Assembly: GCF_036321535.1 (NCBI RefSeq)
Contig: NC_087436.1
Location: forward strand, 112,346,001 to 112,410,000
Direction of reading: 5' to 3'
Source of the DNA: Camelus dromedarius
Lineage: Eukaryota
DNA: 64,000 nt
Of the stretch, positions 22,788-35,929 are shown in pieces. The notes below the pieces were generated by a model. It searched no databases. It was not told the DNA's origin and saw only the letters and a program-made list of their open reading frames with translations. The position numbers were made by a program, and so were the translations under genes. Each line of letters opens with the position of its first letter. Within the stretch, counting starts at the first letter, position 1.

Positions 22788-25266
22788 AAAGATTGTTGTT
22801 GTGCCCAGCAAGGTCTGGATAGGTCTGCTGATCTGGTCCATTAACCAAAAGTACACAGTCTTCCTGATCAGTGACCGTGAGCCAACCGAGAGATTGGCAC
22901 GTGCTTGCTATTCCCATTGGGGCAGGTTTCCGTCCACCCACACTCAGGCCTCAGATACTGTCTTCTCCAGCTCTCTGATCTCCCTCTGTCTCCCCTTCTT
23001 TAAGAAACTCATTCCTCAGAGTCCTAGCTTCACGCTGCCTGAGTCCAGTATGGTCAAGGCAAAGACCACCATCCAGAGAGGGCCAGGCTGACTCCTACTA
23101 GGGTCTTCCTGAGCCTTCTGAGAAAGCATCTTCAAGACAGATGAATCTTCTGGGTGCTAATACTGTGCCCTCTGATTGAATCCTTTGGATGCATTCTTCT
23201 GCTAAAAGACACTCTCTCCATCCCACCGAGGTTAAGAATTGGGAAGGAGGAAGGAAGGGAGAGGACCAAGAACCCCAGACTGCCCCGTGTGCATGGCTCA
23301 CTCTCTAGAACGGCAGAGAGAAGCTTTTCCCGAAGGCCCCAGTGCTGCAATCCTGTCATCACTGCAGCTTCCATTTCCTTTCAGAATTTTCTCCCTGCTG
23401 GTATCTCTGATGGAGGCCCGATCCTGCTTAGGATTCAGCCACCATGAATCTAACAGTTCATCACCTGGGCCCTAAGAGGAGGGGAGGGTTGAAGACATTC
23501 CTATCGGGGTCCAAGAGAGTTAATCTTACGCAGCTCTCAGAAATCGGTATGGCCTTTGTGTGGGACCAGCCTCTTTCTCCAGGCCACTTTGACAGAAAAG
23601 GGCTACGGGTGGCCGTCAAAAAAGCAAATTGTTGAGACTCTGTCTTTTAAACCACATCCTGCAGTTTGAAAATAAAGCTTCTTATTTTTAGAATGCCAGC
23701 AGAATTGTTCCGGCTCTGCCCCTGCAGTTTCAATAGTGGCCTTGGGCTGTAAAAACCCTAACCTTGAAAAGAAAACGTTTACATTGTAAATGCACTGGCA
23801 GGATGAAGACCGTTCTCTCGTGGAATATCCAACGGAGGCTAAAAGTTCAGAAGGGGCTTTTTCCTTTCTTCTGAAAGGCCTAATCCGCGGGGCTTTCATA
23901 GCGACAAAATCAAACTCTTAGCGGTAACTGTGCACTGATTCTAGCTGTGAACTTGCATAAAATCTGAAATTTCACACAACCAATTCTGTTCTGGGGATTT
24001 CACCACTGATCATCAGAAAATGAGGCTTCCAGAGGGGTTTGGAGGAAATCAGACCATGCAGACCCTTCGGCGAACAAACCTGCTAACGAAACACCTTTGA
24101 AGTCAACTTCTTCCCAAACACCCACAATCCCTGCTTCGCCAGGCTGGTCCCTGAGCACTGCAGGGGCACACTGGTTCTGAGGTGCGGGCTTTGAGAAACC
24201 ACACTGGGTTTACTTCAGGTATGTTAAGTCAGCCTCTCAGGGACCTGATAGGCTACTATTGTTCCAGAGTTAGGCTGGAAAAGGAAAGACTCAGACTGGC
24301 TCGAAGGCCTGATCCCAGGTGCTTTGATGGAGTGTCAGATGGGGAGGATTAGGTCCATTTTGACCAGAGGGCAAAACAATAGTGGATGAAGGAAACAGGA
24401 AAAAGCTTTCAATTCATATAGGAGGGTCCTCTCTAATCATTTGGATGGTCTAACGCTGGAATGAGCCAGATCCAAGGCCACGATCAGCGTGTCACTAAAG
24501 ATACCCAAGGAGATTAATCACTAGGGACACAGTGGGGACGCCATCCCTGACAAGCCCTGACACTGGCCCAGGCTGGTCTCACAGGAGCAGTGAGGAATGG
24601 GGAATGGAAATGGGGTTACGTACGTTGATCAGGACAGGAACTTTCACCTTTCTGGGGCCTTTCTGACCCTAGGAAGGCCTCCCCATGTTCCAGGACGATT
24701 CTCTTAACACATTTAAATGACCTAAAAGTGCAGGTACTCTTAAACTACCCCTACTTTATAGACGATGAAACTGGGGCACAGAGCTTAATCGGCCCAAAGT
24801 CACAAAACAAGCAAGTGACAGAGGAGGGAATCCGACTGGCATTCCTGAGTCCACTCTGTTACCTCTAAACCCCTCTGCCTCAGAATAACCCGAGCAGGCT
24901 CACTGACGCCCGGTCGTGTGGCCACCGCCGTCTGCTGGGCTGCTCTCCTGACCGGGCTCCTCCAGGGGGTGGGTCACGACTCTCCTCATGTCAGTCTTGT
25001 CACTGCAATAGCCCTGCGTCTCCCTACTCAGACAACGAAAACCCGCAGGGTCACGCTTTGGGGTTGATAACAGGCCTTTCAGTCATTTTATTTCTCTCTT
25101 ACACGTCCCACATACACACACAGCATCCACTGCCAGGGCACTCAAAGCCCAGGGAATGAGCGATTTGGCCTCAGTGTAAATGGGCATCATCACAGTTGAA
25201 CTGCATGGGTATTATCAAATCAGAAAGAAACGAGGACAAGGCACGCATATTGCTTTTGTGTCTTAA

Positions 25267-25723
25267 TGTTGTGGGATTTGGCGGGCCGGTGCGTGGGTGG
25301 TAAAAGAGTTTACCGAAGATAAAGGATGAAAATAGAAAGGAGTTTATTAGATACGCGGCCTCTGACATCAGTGGGCCTCACGAGGGACGAGAGGTGCCTG
25401 TGTGAGCCCCGAGGGTCGGTTACTGAGGTCTTTATTTATAAGGGAGGGCAACCTTTAACTCCTTGTGCTTATGTGACACTGGGCACAGAAGGCGGTCGTG
25501 AAGGGGTAGGTAGGGGTAGGGATTTTGGTAAGGGGGTTGTGCACTGGTAGGCGGTCGTGACTGGTCCTGTGGTCAGGCTTCCAGGCACCATATAGACGAT
25601 CATTATCCAGCTAAGGCAGGTATGTATCAGGAAAGGAATGTCCTTGGTTATCATCAAAGGGCAGCAGCCGGGCTTCTGAGGGGACTTGGAGCAGGCGCCT
25701 GCCAGATGTCTGTGGACCCCACA
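25267..25723 (-). mobile_element. Young CpG-rich solo LTR (457 bp) with perfect 5-bp TSD
   Basis: TSD CTTAA at 25262-25266 and 25724-25728. On the minus strand: TGTGGG start, TATA-like TTATAAATA near 25433-25441, AATAAA near 25342-25347, CA end. Confidence 0.92.
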
Positions 25724-25784
25724 CTTAATTTTTTGCTCTATAACTAATTCTTGGCTGAGTATTGAAAACAAAGGGAAGAATAAT

Positions 25785-25945
25785 ATACTAGCTAACACTT
25801 ATATAGTGCCACATGCCAGGCACCAGCCTAAGCTTCTTTCTTATATTAACTAATTTAATCCTCCCTAAAGCCCCATGAGGTGAGGTAGGATTATCTGTAT
25901 TTTAAAGATGAGGAAACTAAGGCACAAAGAACTTAAGACCCTTTC
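25785..25945 (-). mobile_element. MIR SINE
   Basis: 'tgccaggcacc...taatttaatcctc...gatgaggaaactaaggcaca'. Confidence 0.85.
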
Positions 25946-27113
25946 AGTTTTAGTACCTGAACCAGGAACCCAACTAGTATTGCCAGTGAGAGAGGATGAT
26001 GGCCCAAATCAAAGCAATTTTCAAAGAGACGCAGAAAGCAAGACTAATTCAAGGTCAATTAACAGCATTGGAAGTGGGCAGCAAAGGAAAGGACCCAATC
26101 AAAGTGGCTCCCAGACTTCTGTTAGCAATGTTCTTGTCGTAAACCATGACAAGTCCACCTCTGTATCTTTGTTCAGGCTGTTTCCTTTCTTTGAAATTCA
26201 CTTCCATGCTCCTCCATGACTTCCCAACCTACTAGATCTGATCTTAGCCCATCTCCACTCTACCTCTGCATTCCCATGTGCCTGTTACTTGAATACAGTT
26301 TTTTGCCCTTACCTCTCTTTCTCCCCATTTTGAGCTTCTTGGGGATAAAGAGACACCTTCGTAAAAAGAAGTCCCCACTGTAGCCATTTGAGTGTCAGTT
26401 TCATGACTCTGGCTAAATAGTCACATGTCTATACTAACCTGAGATACCCAGATAGCTATAAACATTTCTATATATAACCATCTATATCAATATTAAGCTA
26501 AACATGAGTTCATACTGATGTCTCCAATTCTAATTTATTACCATAGGAACCATCTTAGCCTTTCCAGCTAGTCGGCCCCTAACCTGCCACTCCCACAGCG
26601 AGAAGCCTGGCCCCCACCATCCACCATCCACCTACCTCATTCTTCACTTCCGATATACATGTTAGCAGCATCAGAATTGTTCGCACTTACCCCTGTGGGA
26701 GACAATGTTATCAACCAGCGTACAGTACTTATGTACAATTTCTTTTAGATAATTCATCTATTCACCTGTTTTAGGAAATACCAGTTAACTTTCAGTTTTT
26801 AGCAATTATGAAAAATGCTGCTATAAACATTCATATACAAGTTTTTGTGTGGACATCAATTTCCAAGTCAGCTGGGTAAACACCTCAGAACGTGACCACT
26901 GATCGTATAGTGAGATATTTTGTCCTCGTAAGAAGTGTCCACTGTCTTCCCAAGTGGCTGCACCATTTTGCATTCCAACCATCCATGAAGAGACGTTCTG
27001 CTCAGATGCTAACCAGCAATTGGCATTGACAGTTTTTTGGATTTTAGTCCTTCCAGTAGGTGTGTAACTGTACCTCACTGTAGTTTCAATCTGCATTTCT
27101 CTTTATGACAAAT

Positions 27114-27585
27114 TGTATTAGTTTTCTATTGCTACTATCACAAATTACCACAAACTTAGGGAATTTAAATAACACATATTTGTTATATTTCTGTAGTATT
27201 GGTTCGAAGTTCAACACAGGTCTTACTGGGCTAGAATCAAGGTGTCAGCAGCTCTAGGGAATAATCTGTTCCCTAAACTTTCAGCATCTGGAGAATACTC
27301 AATATTCCTTGGCTCATGGCCCCCCTTTTTCCACTATCAAACCCAACAAAAAGCATCACTGTGAGCCTTTTTCTGTCAGCACATCTATTTTGGGTGCAGC
27401 AGGAAACTTTCTAAGCTTTAAGGATTTATAAGATTGGATCCTCCAGAATAAGTCAGGATAATCTACCATCCCAAGGTCCTTAACCTTAATCATATCTGTA
27501 AGCCCTTTTGCTATGAATGGTAACATACAGGTTCTGGAGATTAGAACGCAGATGTATCTGGAGAGTCATCTTTCTGCCCACCACA
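27114..27585 (-). mobile_element. MLT1 MaLR solo LTR nested in the L1
   Basis: 'tgtattagttttctattgct...acaaattaccacaaacttag' through 'ttctgcccaccaca'. Confidence 0.88.
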
Positions 27586-28934
27586 CAATGATGCTGAACG
27601 TATCTTCAGATGCTTATTTTCCATTCTGCCTATCGTCTTTGGTGAGGTGTCTCAGATATACTGACAATATTTCAATTGAGTTGTTTATTTTTTAATTGTT
27701 GAGCTTAAGAGTTCTTTATGCATTTTGGATACAAGTTCTTTATCAGTTATGTTTTGCAAATATTTCCTCCTAGTATATGGATTACCTTTTCATTCTTTTA
27801 AAAGTGTTTTTTTCAATGAAAAATTTATTGATTTTAATAAAGACCATCTTTGCCACTTTTTCTTTTATTAATCATGCTTTTGACGTTATCTCTAAAAACT
27901 TATTGCCAAATCAAAGTCACAGGGACTTTTCCTATATCTCCCTCTATAGCTTTATAGTTTTGCATTTTACACTGAAGTTAATGATATATCTTGAATTAAG
28001 TTTTGGTAAGATGTAAGATCTATGTCTAGGTTTATGTTTTTGCATATGAACATCTAATTGTTCCATTAGCATTTATCAAACAAAACTGTCCTCTGTTTAA
28101 TTGTCTTTGCTCCTTTGTCAAAAATCAGTTGACTATGTTTTGTGGATTTATTTCTGGGTTCTCTATTCTGTTTCATTGATTAATGTGCCCATTCTTTTGT
28201 CAATACCACGCAGTCTGATTATATCAGTTTTAATGTAAGTCTTGAATTTGGTATTGTGAGTCCTCCAAATTTGTTCTTCAGTATTGTGTTGGCTATTTTA
28301 GGTCTTTTGCTTGTCCATGTAAATTCTAAGTTTTATAGAGTTAGGTTGTTTATATCTATAAAATAGCTTGCTGGTATTTTGAGTGGGATTGCATTGAATC
28401 TGTAGATCAACTTGGGAATAACTGACATCTAATCAATATTGTGTCTTTCAAACTAGGAACATAGAATATCTTTCCATTTATTCAGATCTTCTATTTCTCT
28501 TATCGGTATTTTGTAGTTTTCCATATACATATCCTGCATATATTTTGTTAGATTTATATCTAAAGATTATATTCTTATGCAGTTGCAAATAGTATTTTCT
28601 TCTCAAATTTTAATTGTTCATCGTTAGTATATAGGAAAGCCATTGACTGTTGTATGTTGACCTTGCATCCAGTGACCTTGCTGTACTTGCTTATTAGTTC
28701 AAGAGTTGTTGGGGATTTTTGTAGCTTCTTTAGGGTACATAGCCAATCATGCCATGTCTATCCTTTAATTGATGTATGGAGACCATTCACATTTAAAGTG
28801 ATTATTGGTGTGATTGGATGAGTATCTCTCATGTTTGTTACTGCTTTCTATTTATTGCATTTGTTCTTGGTTTCTTTTCTCTCTTTTTCTTGCCTTATTT
28901 AGTTTTAATTGAGCACTTCATATGATTACATTTT

Positions 28935-30573
28935 TAATTAATAAACTTTAATTTTTAGAATAGTTTTGGTTTCACAGAAAGATTGGCCAAAAATTATGGA
29001 GTTCTCATATACTTTCTTCCATCCCTCAGCATCTTGCGTTACCATGGTATATTTGTTACACTGATTAGCCAGTATTGATACATTATTATTGACTATAGTC
29101 CATAGTTTACCTTACAGCTAACTTTTTGTGTTGTACCTTCTGAGTTTTAACATACATACCATGACTTGCATCCAACATCGTGGTATCACACGGAATAGTT
29201 TCAGCCTTAAAATAGTTTTCAGCCTTAAAAATTACTTGTGTACCACTTCTTCATCCTTCCCTCTTCCTCCAACAAACCCCTGGCAACCACTGGTCTTTTT
29301 TGCTGTTTCCATAGTTTTTGCTTCTTTTCAGAATGTCATATATTGGAATCACATAATACATAGCTTTTCAGATTAGTCTCTTTCACTTAGCAACATGTAT
29401 TTAAGGTTCCCCCATATCTTTTTGTAGCTTGATAGCTGATATTTAAAAATCACTCTATATTGACATAGAATACAGACTTGTGGTTGCCAGGGTGGAGGCA
29501 GGTGGGAAGGGATAAACTGGGAGTTCGAGATTTGCAGATACCAACTGGTACGTATAACATGGATAAACAAGTTTATACTATATAGCACAGGGAAATATAT
29601 TCAATATCTTATAGCTTACAGTGAAAAAGAATATGAAAATGAATATATGTATATTCATGTATGACTGAAGAATTATGCTTTATATCAGAAATTGACACAA
29701 CATTGTAAACTGACTACACCCCAATAAAAAAATCACTGTATAATATTTCATTGTGTGGATATACCATAGGTAACTTATCCATTCACCTACTGAAGTACAT
29801 CTTAATTGCTTTCAAGTCTTGGTAATTATGAATATAGTCACTAGAAAACTCATGTACAAGTTTTTGTGTGAATATAACCTTTCAACTCATTTAAGTAAAC
29901 ACCAAGGAGTACATTTGCTGAGTCATATGGTAAGAATGTGTTTAGTTTTTTAAAGAAACTAGCAAACTGTTCCAAAGTAGCTGTGCCCTTCCCCACCAGC
30001 AACAAATAAGAGCTCCTGTTTCGCCTCTGACATCATTTTACAAGCATTTGGTGTTGCCAGTGTTTTGCATTTTTAACTACTCTAATAGGCATGCAGTGAT
30101 ATCTCATTGTCATTTTACTTTGTAATTCCCTAATGGTATATGATGTTGAGCATCTTTTCATATGCTTATTTGTATATCTTCTTTCAGGAATTTTGCTGTC
30201 GTTTTAATTGAATTGTTTGCTTTCTTATTGTTGGTTATTGAGTTTTTAAAGTTCTCTGTAAAGTTTGATTTCCAATTCCTTGTTAGATATATGTTTTGCA
30301 AAGATTTTTCACCTAGTCTATGACTTATCCTTTCATTCTCTTAAGAGTGTCTTTAACAGAGAAAGTTTTAAATTTTATTTATTTATTTATTTATTTTTGG
30401 AAGTTTTAAATTTTAATCTAGTCCAAGTTATCAGTTTTTTTCATGAATTTGCTTTTGGTATTATATCTGAAAAGTCATCGCCAAATCTAAGTTCACCTAG
30501 ATTTCCTCCTATATTGTCTTCTAGGAGTTTTATAGTTTTGCATTTGGCATTTAGGTCTATGATCCATTTTGAG
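28935..30573 (-). mobile_element. L1MC-like 5'-truncated insertion nested in the host L1, 14-bp TSD
   Basis: L1MC-type 3' end 'aaactttaatttttagaatagtttt'. TSD TATGATT(A/C)CATTTT at 28921-28934 and 30574-30587. Confidence 0.8.
29460..29727 (+). mobile_element. Younger L1 3'UTR insertion with 15-bp TSD
   Basis: TSD AAAAATCACT(C/G)TATA at 29445-29459 and 29728-29742, at a canonical TT/AAAA endonuclease site. Confidence 0.92.
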
Positions 30574-33039
30574 TATGATTCCATTTTGTCTGTTCTCTCA
30601 GTGATTGCCAGAGTTTGTGATACACATTTACAATTAATCTAAGTCCACTTTCACACAGCACTATACCACCTCATGGATAGTGTAAGTGCCTCTTAGTGAA
30701 ATATTAACAATTTCTCCTTCCCATCACTTATGACATTGTTATCATTTATTTCCCTTATCCATATGCTACCATTGCCCCAATACATTGTTCCTATTACTGC
30801 ATTAAGCAGACAGTTATCTTCTAGATTGATTAAGAAGAAGAAAAATAAAAGATTTTGTTTTATCTTTATTTGTTCCTTCTCTGTCACTCTTCCTTTCTTT
30901 ATATAGATCCAAGTTTCTGATCTTTATAATTTCCCTCCTTCCTGAAGAACATCTTTTAACATTTCTTGCAAGTCTGCTGATGTGAATGCCTCGGTTTTTG
31001 TTTGAGAAAGTTTTTATTTTTCTATCACTTTTGGAAGATAACTTTGCTGTATATAAAATTCTCAGATGGTGGGTATTTCTTTCAACACTTTAAATATTTC
31101 TCTCCACTTCCTTCTTTCTTGCACAGTTTCTGATAAGAAGTCTGATGCAATCTTATCCATATTCCTCCCCTAAGTAAGCTGTTTATTCTGACTTCTTTCA
31201 ATATTTTCTCTGTGTAGTTTTCTGTGATTTGAATATGACATGCCTAGGTGTTGATTTTGGATATTTATCTTGCTTGGTGTTTTCTGAGCTTCCTGGATCT
31301 ATAGTTTGATGTCTGTCATTAATTTTGAAAAATTCTTGTCTGCTATGTCTTCAAATATTTCTCCTGCTCTGTTCTCTTTCTTCTCTTTCTAGTCTTTCCA
31401 TTACACAGATGTCATGCTCTTGAGATTGTTCCACTGTTCTTTGATATATTTTGGTTTTTCATTCTTTTCTCTTTTTGCATTTCAGTTTTGGGAGTTTTTA
31501 TTGACCTGCCTTCAAGTTCATTGATTCTTTCCTGGGCCACATCTAGTCTACTAATGAGCCCATCAAAGGCACTCTTCTTTGTTACTGTGGGGTTTTTATC
31601 TAGCATCTCCTTTGGACTTTTTTCTTAGAAATCCCATGTCTTTGCTTAAATTACCCATCTGTTCTTCAGTGTTATCTACTTTTTCCTTTAATATATTACT
31701 AATAATTATTTTCAAGTTCCTCTTGGTTAATTCCAATATCTGATGTGAATCTGGTTCTGATGGGTTTCTCAAGGTTTCAGAGTGTGTTTTCTTGTTTTTG
31801 GCATGACTTTTACCTTATTTGAAGGTGGAACACATTATATCAGGTAGTAAGGACTAAGGTAAATAGGCATTACTGTAATGATATATGTTAATCTGGCCAA
31901 CATTGGGGCTGTATTTAATGTCTCTTGTAGCTGGAGATGCCTGAGGCTTCAAACTCCTCTAGCGTTATTCATTTTGTCTCCTCTTTGACTTTGGGCTTCC
32001 CTATGTACCCTTCTCCAGAGAAAATTTGCCATTTTATTAACCTGTAATCCATTGTTATATTGGAGCCCTGTTGGGATGGTGATAAGATGTCAGAGAGAGA
32101 GAAAGAGCATTATATCTTCCAATTAAACCTCAGCCTTTTAGTGAGCCTAGGTCTTGGGACTGTGACTTTCCCATCATTTCTTCAGTGAAATAACCGTTTC
32201 CCCCCTGCTCCCTACTCTCATCCCTGACTACAGCATTCCCAGTCTATTATCTCTAAGTCCTGTTTCCTGATGAAAATGAATTTTTCCCTGTAGCTGGGAC
32301 GAAAGGCTGGAGTGGGAGGAATTCCCCTGTTCCATCTGGAACAAGCCTCCTTCAGCAAAGTCCTATCCTAGGAGAATAGGACTTTATCATGAAGATAGCT
32401 CTGGGCTTATTTCACAGTGGCTGCCAGACCTACAGGAGGGGTTTCTCAGATGCCCACCATGAGAACCTGATGGGATTCCTGGAGGGAAAGTTCATGGAAG
32501 TTTGGGGGGGAGGTGCCTGAGACAGATGGGCCCCAGTTGTTTTTCACCGTTACACTAGTTCATGTGCCATATCTGGCAGTTTGTTGAAATTACCATTTGA
32601 ATGTTCCCACTAGTTCATGGCTCTATGAGCTTCTCTCAAGGTAAGCAAATCTCCATCTCTGTTCACTTGGAGGTGGCAATTTGCTCTGCATTCACACTTC
32701 TTTGCTTTCACACTTCTTTGAGTCCAACCTTCTCTGAGTGTCCATTCTTACTTCTCTGATGGATCTGGGAAAGGTCACTGACTTTCAGTTTATCCAGCTT
32801 TTTCATATAAGGATGGGAGTGATGACTTCTAAGCTCTTTACAGGTTTGAGCCTGAAACTTCAAGTCCCTACTTAATATACTTTATTTTCAAAATGTGTTT
32901 CTTTATTTTAATGCATTCTACTGAACATTTCTTGTGATCCACAGAAATCTTCCTGGGCCTGCATTTCGCTATCGCTACTGCTGTGAAAGCTCCAAGCAGC
33001 AGATTTTGACTAGCTCTGCCAAGGGATTGATCACAGAGC

Positions 33040-33449
33040 ACCTGGCCAACATCTGCCCGACATACTTCTTGTTTCCTAGCCTTGAGCTTTTCTGACACAG
33101 TCCTTGACTCCTTTGGGGAACCCATACAACACTTCCCTGCAATATGCAACTTTAGAAGTAAAAGAGAATAAGACCTGGAGACCATCTTTGACTAATAGGG
33201 GAAGAAAGCTGATGGATAAATGTTTTTCCCTTTTACATCCCAGGGAGAGAAGAATTTCAAAAAGCTCTCAGAAGATCCTGGTGAGGCAAAACACTGATCC
33301 CCTGTTGCAGTGGCCAGTTCAACAATTCATCCTTGTATTTGTCTCCCTATCTTCTCCCCAGTTTCTGCTCCCTAGAATTACTTTCCGGATGAATAACCTA
33401 CAGGCAAGTCTGTCTCAAGCTCTGCTTTTAAGAAACCCAAACTAAGGCA
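33040..33449 (+). mobile_element. Old ERVL-class LTR (LTR40/LTR41-like)
   Basis: 3' end 'tgtctcaagctctgcttttaagaaacccaaactaaggca'. Confidence 0.65.
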
Positions 33450-34049
33450 TAAATTTATTTTAAAAGAAATTCCGTATCACATCTGTAAATGGAGGAAAAC
33501 AACTACTTGCCATTAAACAGATGAAAGTGTCCTTTTGTAACTTTCCATGACTTCACCTGTCAAACACATGCTCCTCTTCATCTCCATTCTTCTGCATTTC
33601 ATTACCACATTGTCAGTTTTATAAAAATTCCCCACTCTCACCCACCTCCCTCTACATTTTAAGAAATTAAGAAGCAAAGAGAAGAAAGGAAAAAAAAAAA
33701 CAATGCCATTGCTTGCGATCTTGTGGTGAAAAGGGGATGTTACCAAGAGCTAAGAAAGCACTACTCAAAGAGTGATTTGTGACTGGCTGTTGGTCTGCAA
33801 ATTGCTTTTTCTGTCTACACCTAACAGATTGTTCCTGAAGGCAACTCAACTACACCACTACATGTAGTATTTTGTTTAAGTGACTTTTTTCTAATTAATT
33901 TTTTTGTTAATCTACAACTGACTTTTCCTTTTTTAGTAACACAATTCCCTCAATAAAGGAAGCAATTGATTTATATTCTTGTGTTGGCCCCTTATCTCAT
34001 GGTGGACTGGCTTTTTGAGTAATACTGAATTAGAGAAGTATAAAAGTAT

Positions 34050-34253
34050 TACGTGAACATTTCTTAGTCTGTACTGTGTTCTAAGTAATGTACTATGGGC
34101 TTTGTAAATACTAACTCATTTAATTCTCAAAAAAAACGTATGTATGGGGTAGGCAATATCAATATTCTCATTTTACAAATGAGGAAACTGAGACACAGTG
34201 AAATTTGATAATATGTCCAACATTACACAGCTGATAAGTAGCAGAAGACTCCA
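34050..34253 (-). mobile_element. MIR SINE (continues at about 35708-35745 after the MaLR insertion)
   Basis: 'ctcattttacaaatgaggaaactgagacacag', resuming as 'cagtctggctccagagtc'. Confidence 0.8.
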
Positions 34254-34386
34254 GTGGCCTCCAGAGTGGCCCCCAATCACCCTGGCCTCTCATATCCACA
34301 CCTTTGTGTAGTCAGCTTTCTTATTGTATCAACATTAATATGAATGACCAAAGAATACAGCAGAAGTGGTAGTGAATGACTTTCGG

Positions 34387-34764
34387 TGTAACAGACTCGA
34401 TATTTGTGTTTCCCCAAAATTCATTGTTGAAATTCTCTCCCCTACTGTGGTGGCATTAGGAGATGGGGCCTTGGGGCGTCTCCGTGAAGGTGGAATAAGA
34501 TTAGTGAATGAGATTAGTGAATGAGATTAGTGCTCTCAAAAAAGACAGTCCAGAGACGTCTCTTGCCCTCTTTCCGTGATAGGGAGATACAATTAGAAGA
34601 TGGCCAACTGCAACTTGGAAGAGGGTCCTTACCAGTCACTACCCACGCTGGCACTTTGATCTTGGACTTTCAGATGCCAGGACTATGAAAATACATTTCT
34701 GTTGTTTAAAAACTCACCCAGTTTATGCTATTTTGTTATAGCAGCGCAAACTCATCAAAATACA
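34387..34764 (+). mobile_element. MLT1A-like MaLR solo LTR nested in the older MLT1
   Basis: 'tttgtgtttccccaaaattca...ttaggagatggggcctt...gctggcactttgatcttggactttcag...tttgttatagcagc'. Confidence 0.88.
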
Positions 34765-34921
34765 AGGTGAGATCATAAAAGATACAGTAGCTTCTGCCTG
34801 ACTCCCCTGAATCACTTGCTGTGGGAGAACCAGCTTCCATGGCAAGCAGCTGTATGGAGAATCTCACATGGCAATGGTCTGACGCCTCTTGCCAATGGCC
34901 AGCACCAACTTGCCAGCCATG

Positions 34922-35098
34922 GCCCTCGGTCTGTGGAGTGTGCATCTCTCTGAATAAATCTGCCTTTACTCTATTGTGGCTCACTCTTGAATTCTTTCCT
35001 GGATGAAGCCGAGGACCCTGACTTGGTGGTGCATATTCCAGGGACTTGCCTGGGACCTGAGACACGGCCACCCTGTCACACCGCATTTTCCTGTACCA
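34922..35098 (+). mobile_element. 3' half (R/U5) of an ERV LTR
   Basis: 'tgtggagtgtgcatctctctgAATAAAtctgcctttactcta...tggctcactcttgaattctttcctg' ending 'ttttcctgtacca'. Confidence 0.75.
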
Positions 35099-35929
35099 CT
35101 GGGAACTTGGCTAAAGCAATCGGTAATCACCAGACCTGGTTTTAAGCCCATTCTGATCAATAAATAACTATTTTGCATCAGCACCTATGCTGCTGAAAGT
35201 TGTCTAGTCAGGGAAGTGTGTCACACTGTTGTGAAAGGCACTGGCAGCTAAAGATCAACCCATGTGTAAACACTCCCATTTCTGAAAAATTCATCAGTCT
35301 CTGAATTCTATTCTATATGTAATATATATATCTCCAGGTCTCAGCTTTGCTTAGAGTGATTGGATTTTACAAGTTATTTGTCTCTGCAGTGATGATGGCT
35401 TCTTTTTTGGATATGCCCAAAGTGAGAAACATGATTGAGCTGGGATTTGAACCCACCAACTTGCCAGCTGTGTGAGTGAGCAATCTTGGAAGAGGACCCT
35501 TCAACCCCAGTCAAGCCTTCAGAGGACGACAGCCTTGGCCGACTTCTCAACTGTAATCTCATGAGATGCACCTTTGCAAGTTAGAACCACCTAGCTTCGC
35601 CACCCCAAAGTCCTGACCCACATGACCTAAGACAAACTAAACTCATTGGTGTCTTAAGTCTCTAGGTTTTGGACTAATTTGTTACACAGCAATAGATAAC
35701 TAATACAATCATAGAACAGTCTGGCTCCAGAGTCTGTTTTCTTCATTGCAATGTAAAAGAGTTGAAGATAAAAAAGGAAAGGACTTCCTCCTTAGGTTAG
35801 GGCATGTAATGTTATTCAATGCCAAGTTCATGCCATTAGCTCGGCTAACACCAGAGCTGTGTGTCCCTAACTTGAGAAGTACTTACTCCACTCTCATGTT
35901 CTCTTGTCTACCCTTGTATTTTTCAAGTT

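Larger units (their letters stand above)
26420..32870 (-). mobile_element. Long old L1M(C/D-like) element (3' end, ORF2, inter-ORF, ORF1, 5'UTR remnants) with nested insertions
   Basis: ORF2 remnant (ORF 26821-27096, MQIETTVRYSYTPT), ORF1 remnant (ORF 31412-31606, AFDGLISRLDVAQERINELE) and T-rich antisense composition. Confidence 0.85.
34254..35707 (+). mobile_element. MLT1F/G/H-like MaLR LTR, interrupted twice (34387-34764 and 34918-35453)
   Basis: 'gtggcccccaatcaccc', 'ccagcaccaacttgccagc', 'tgtgagtgagcaatcttggaag', end 'ttgttacacagcaatagataactaataca'. Confidence 0.85.
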
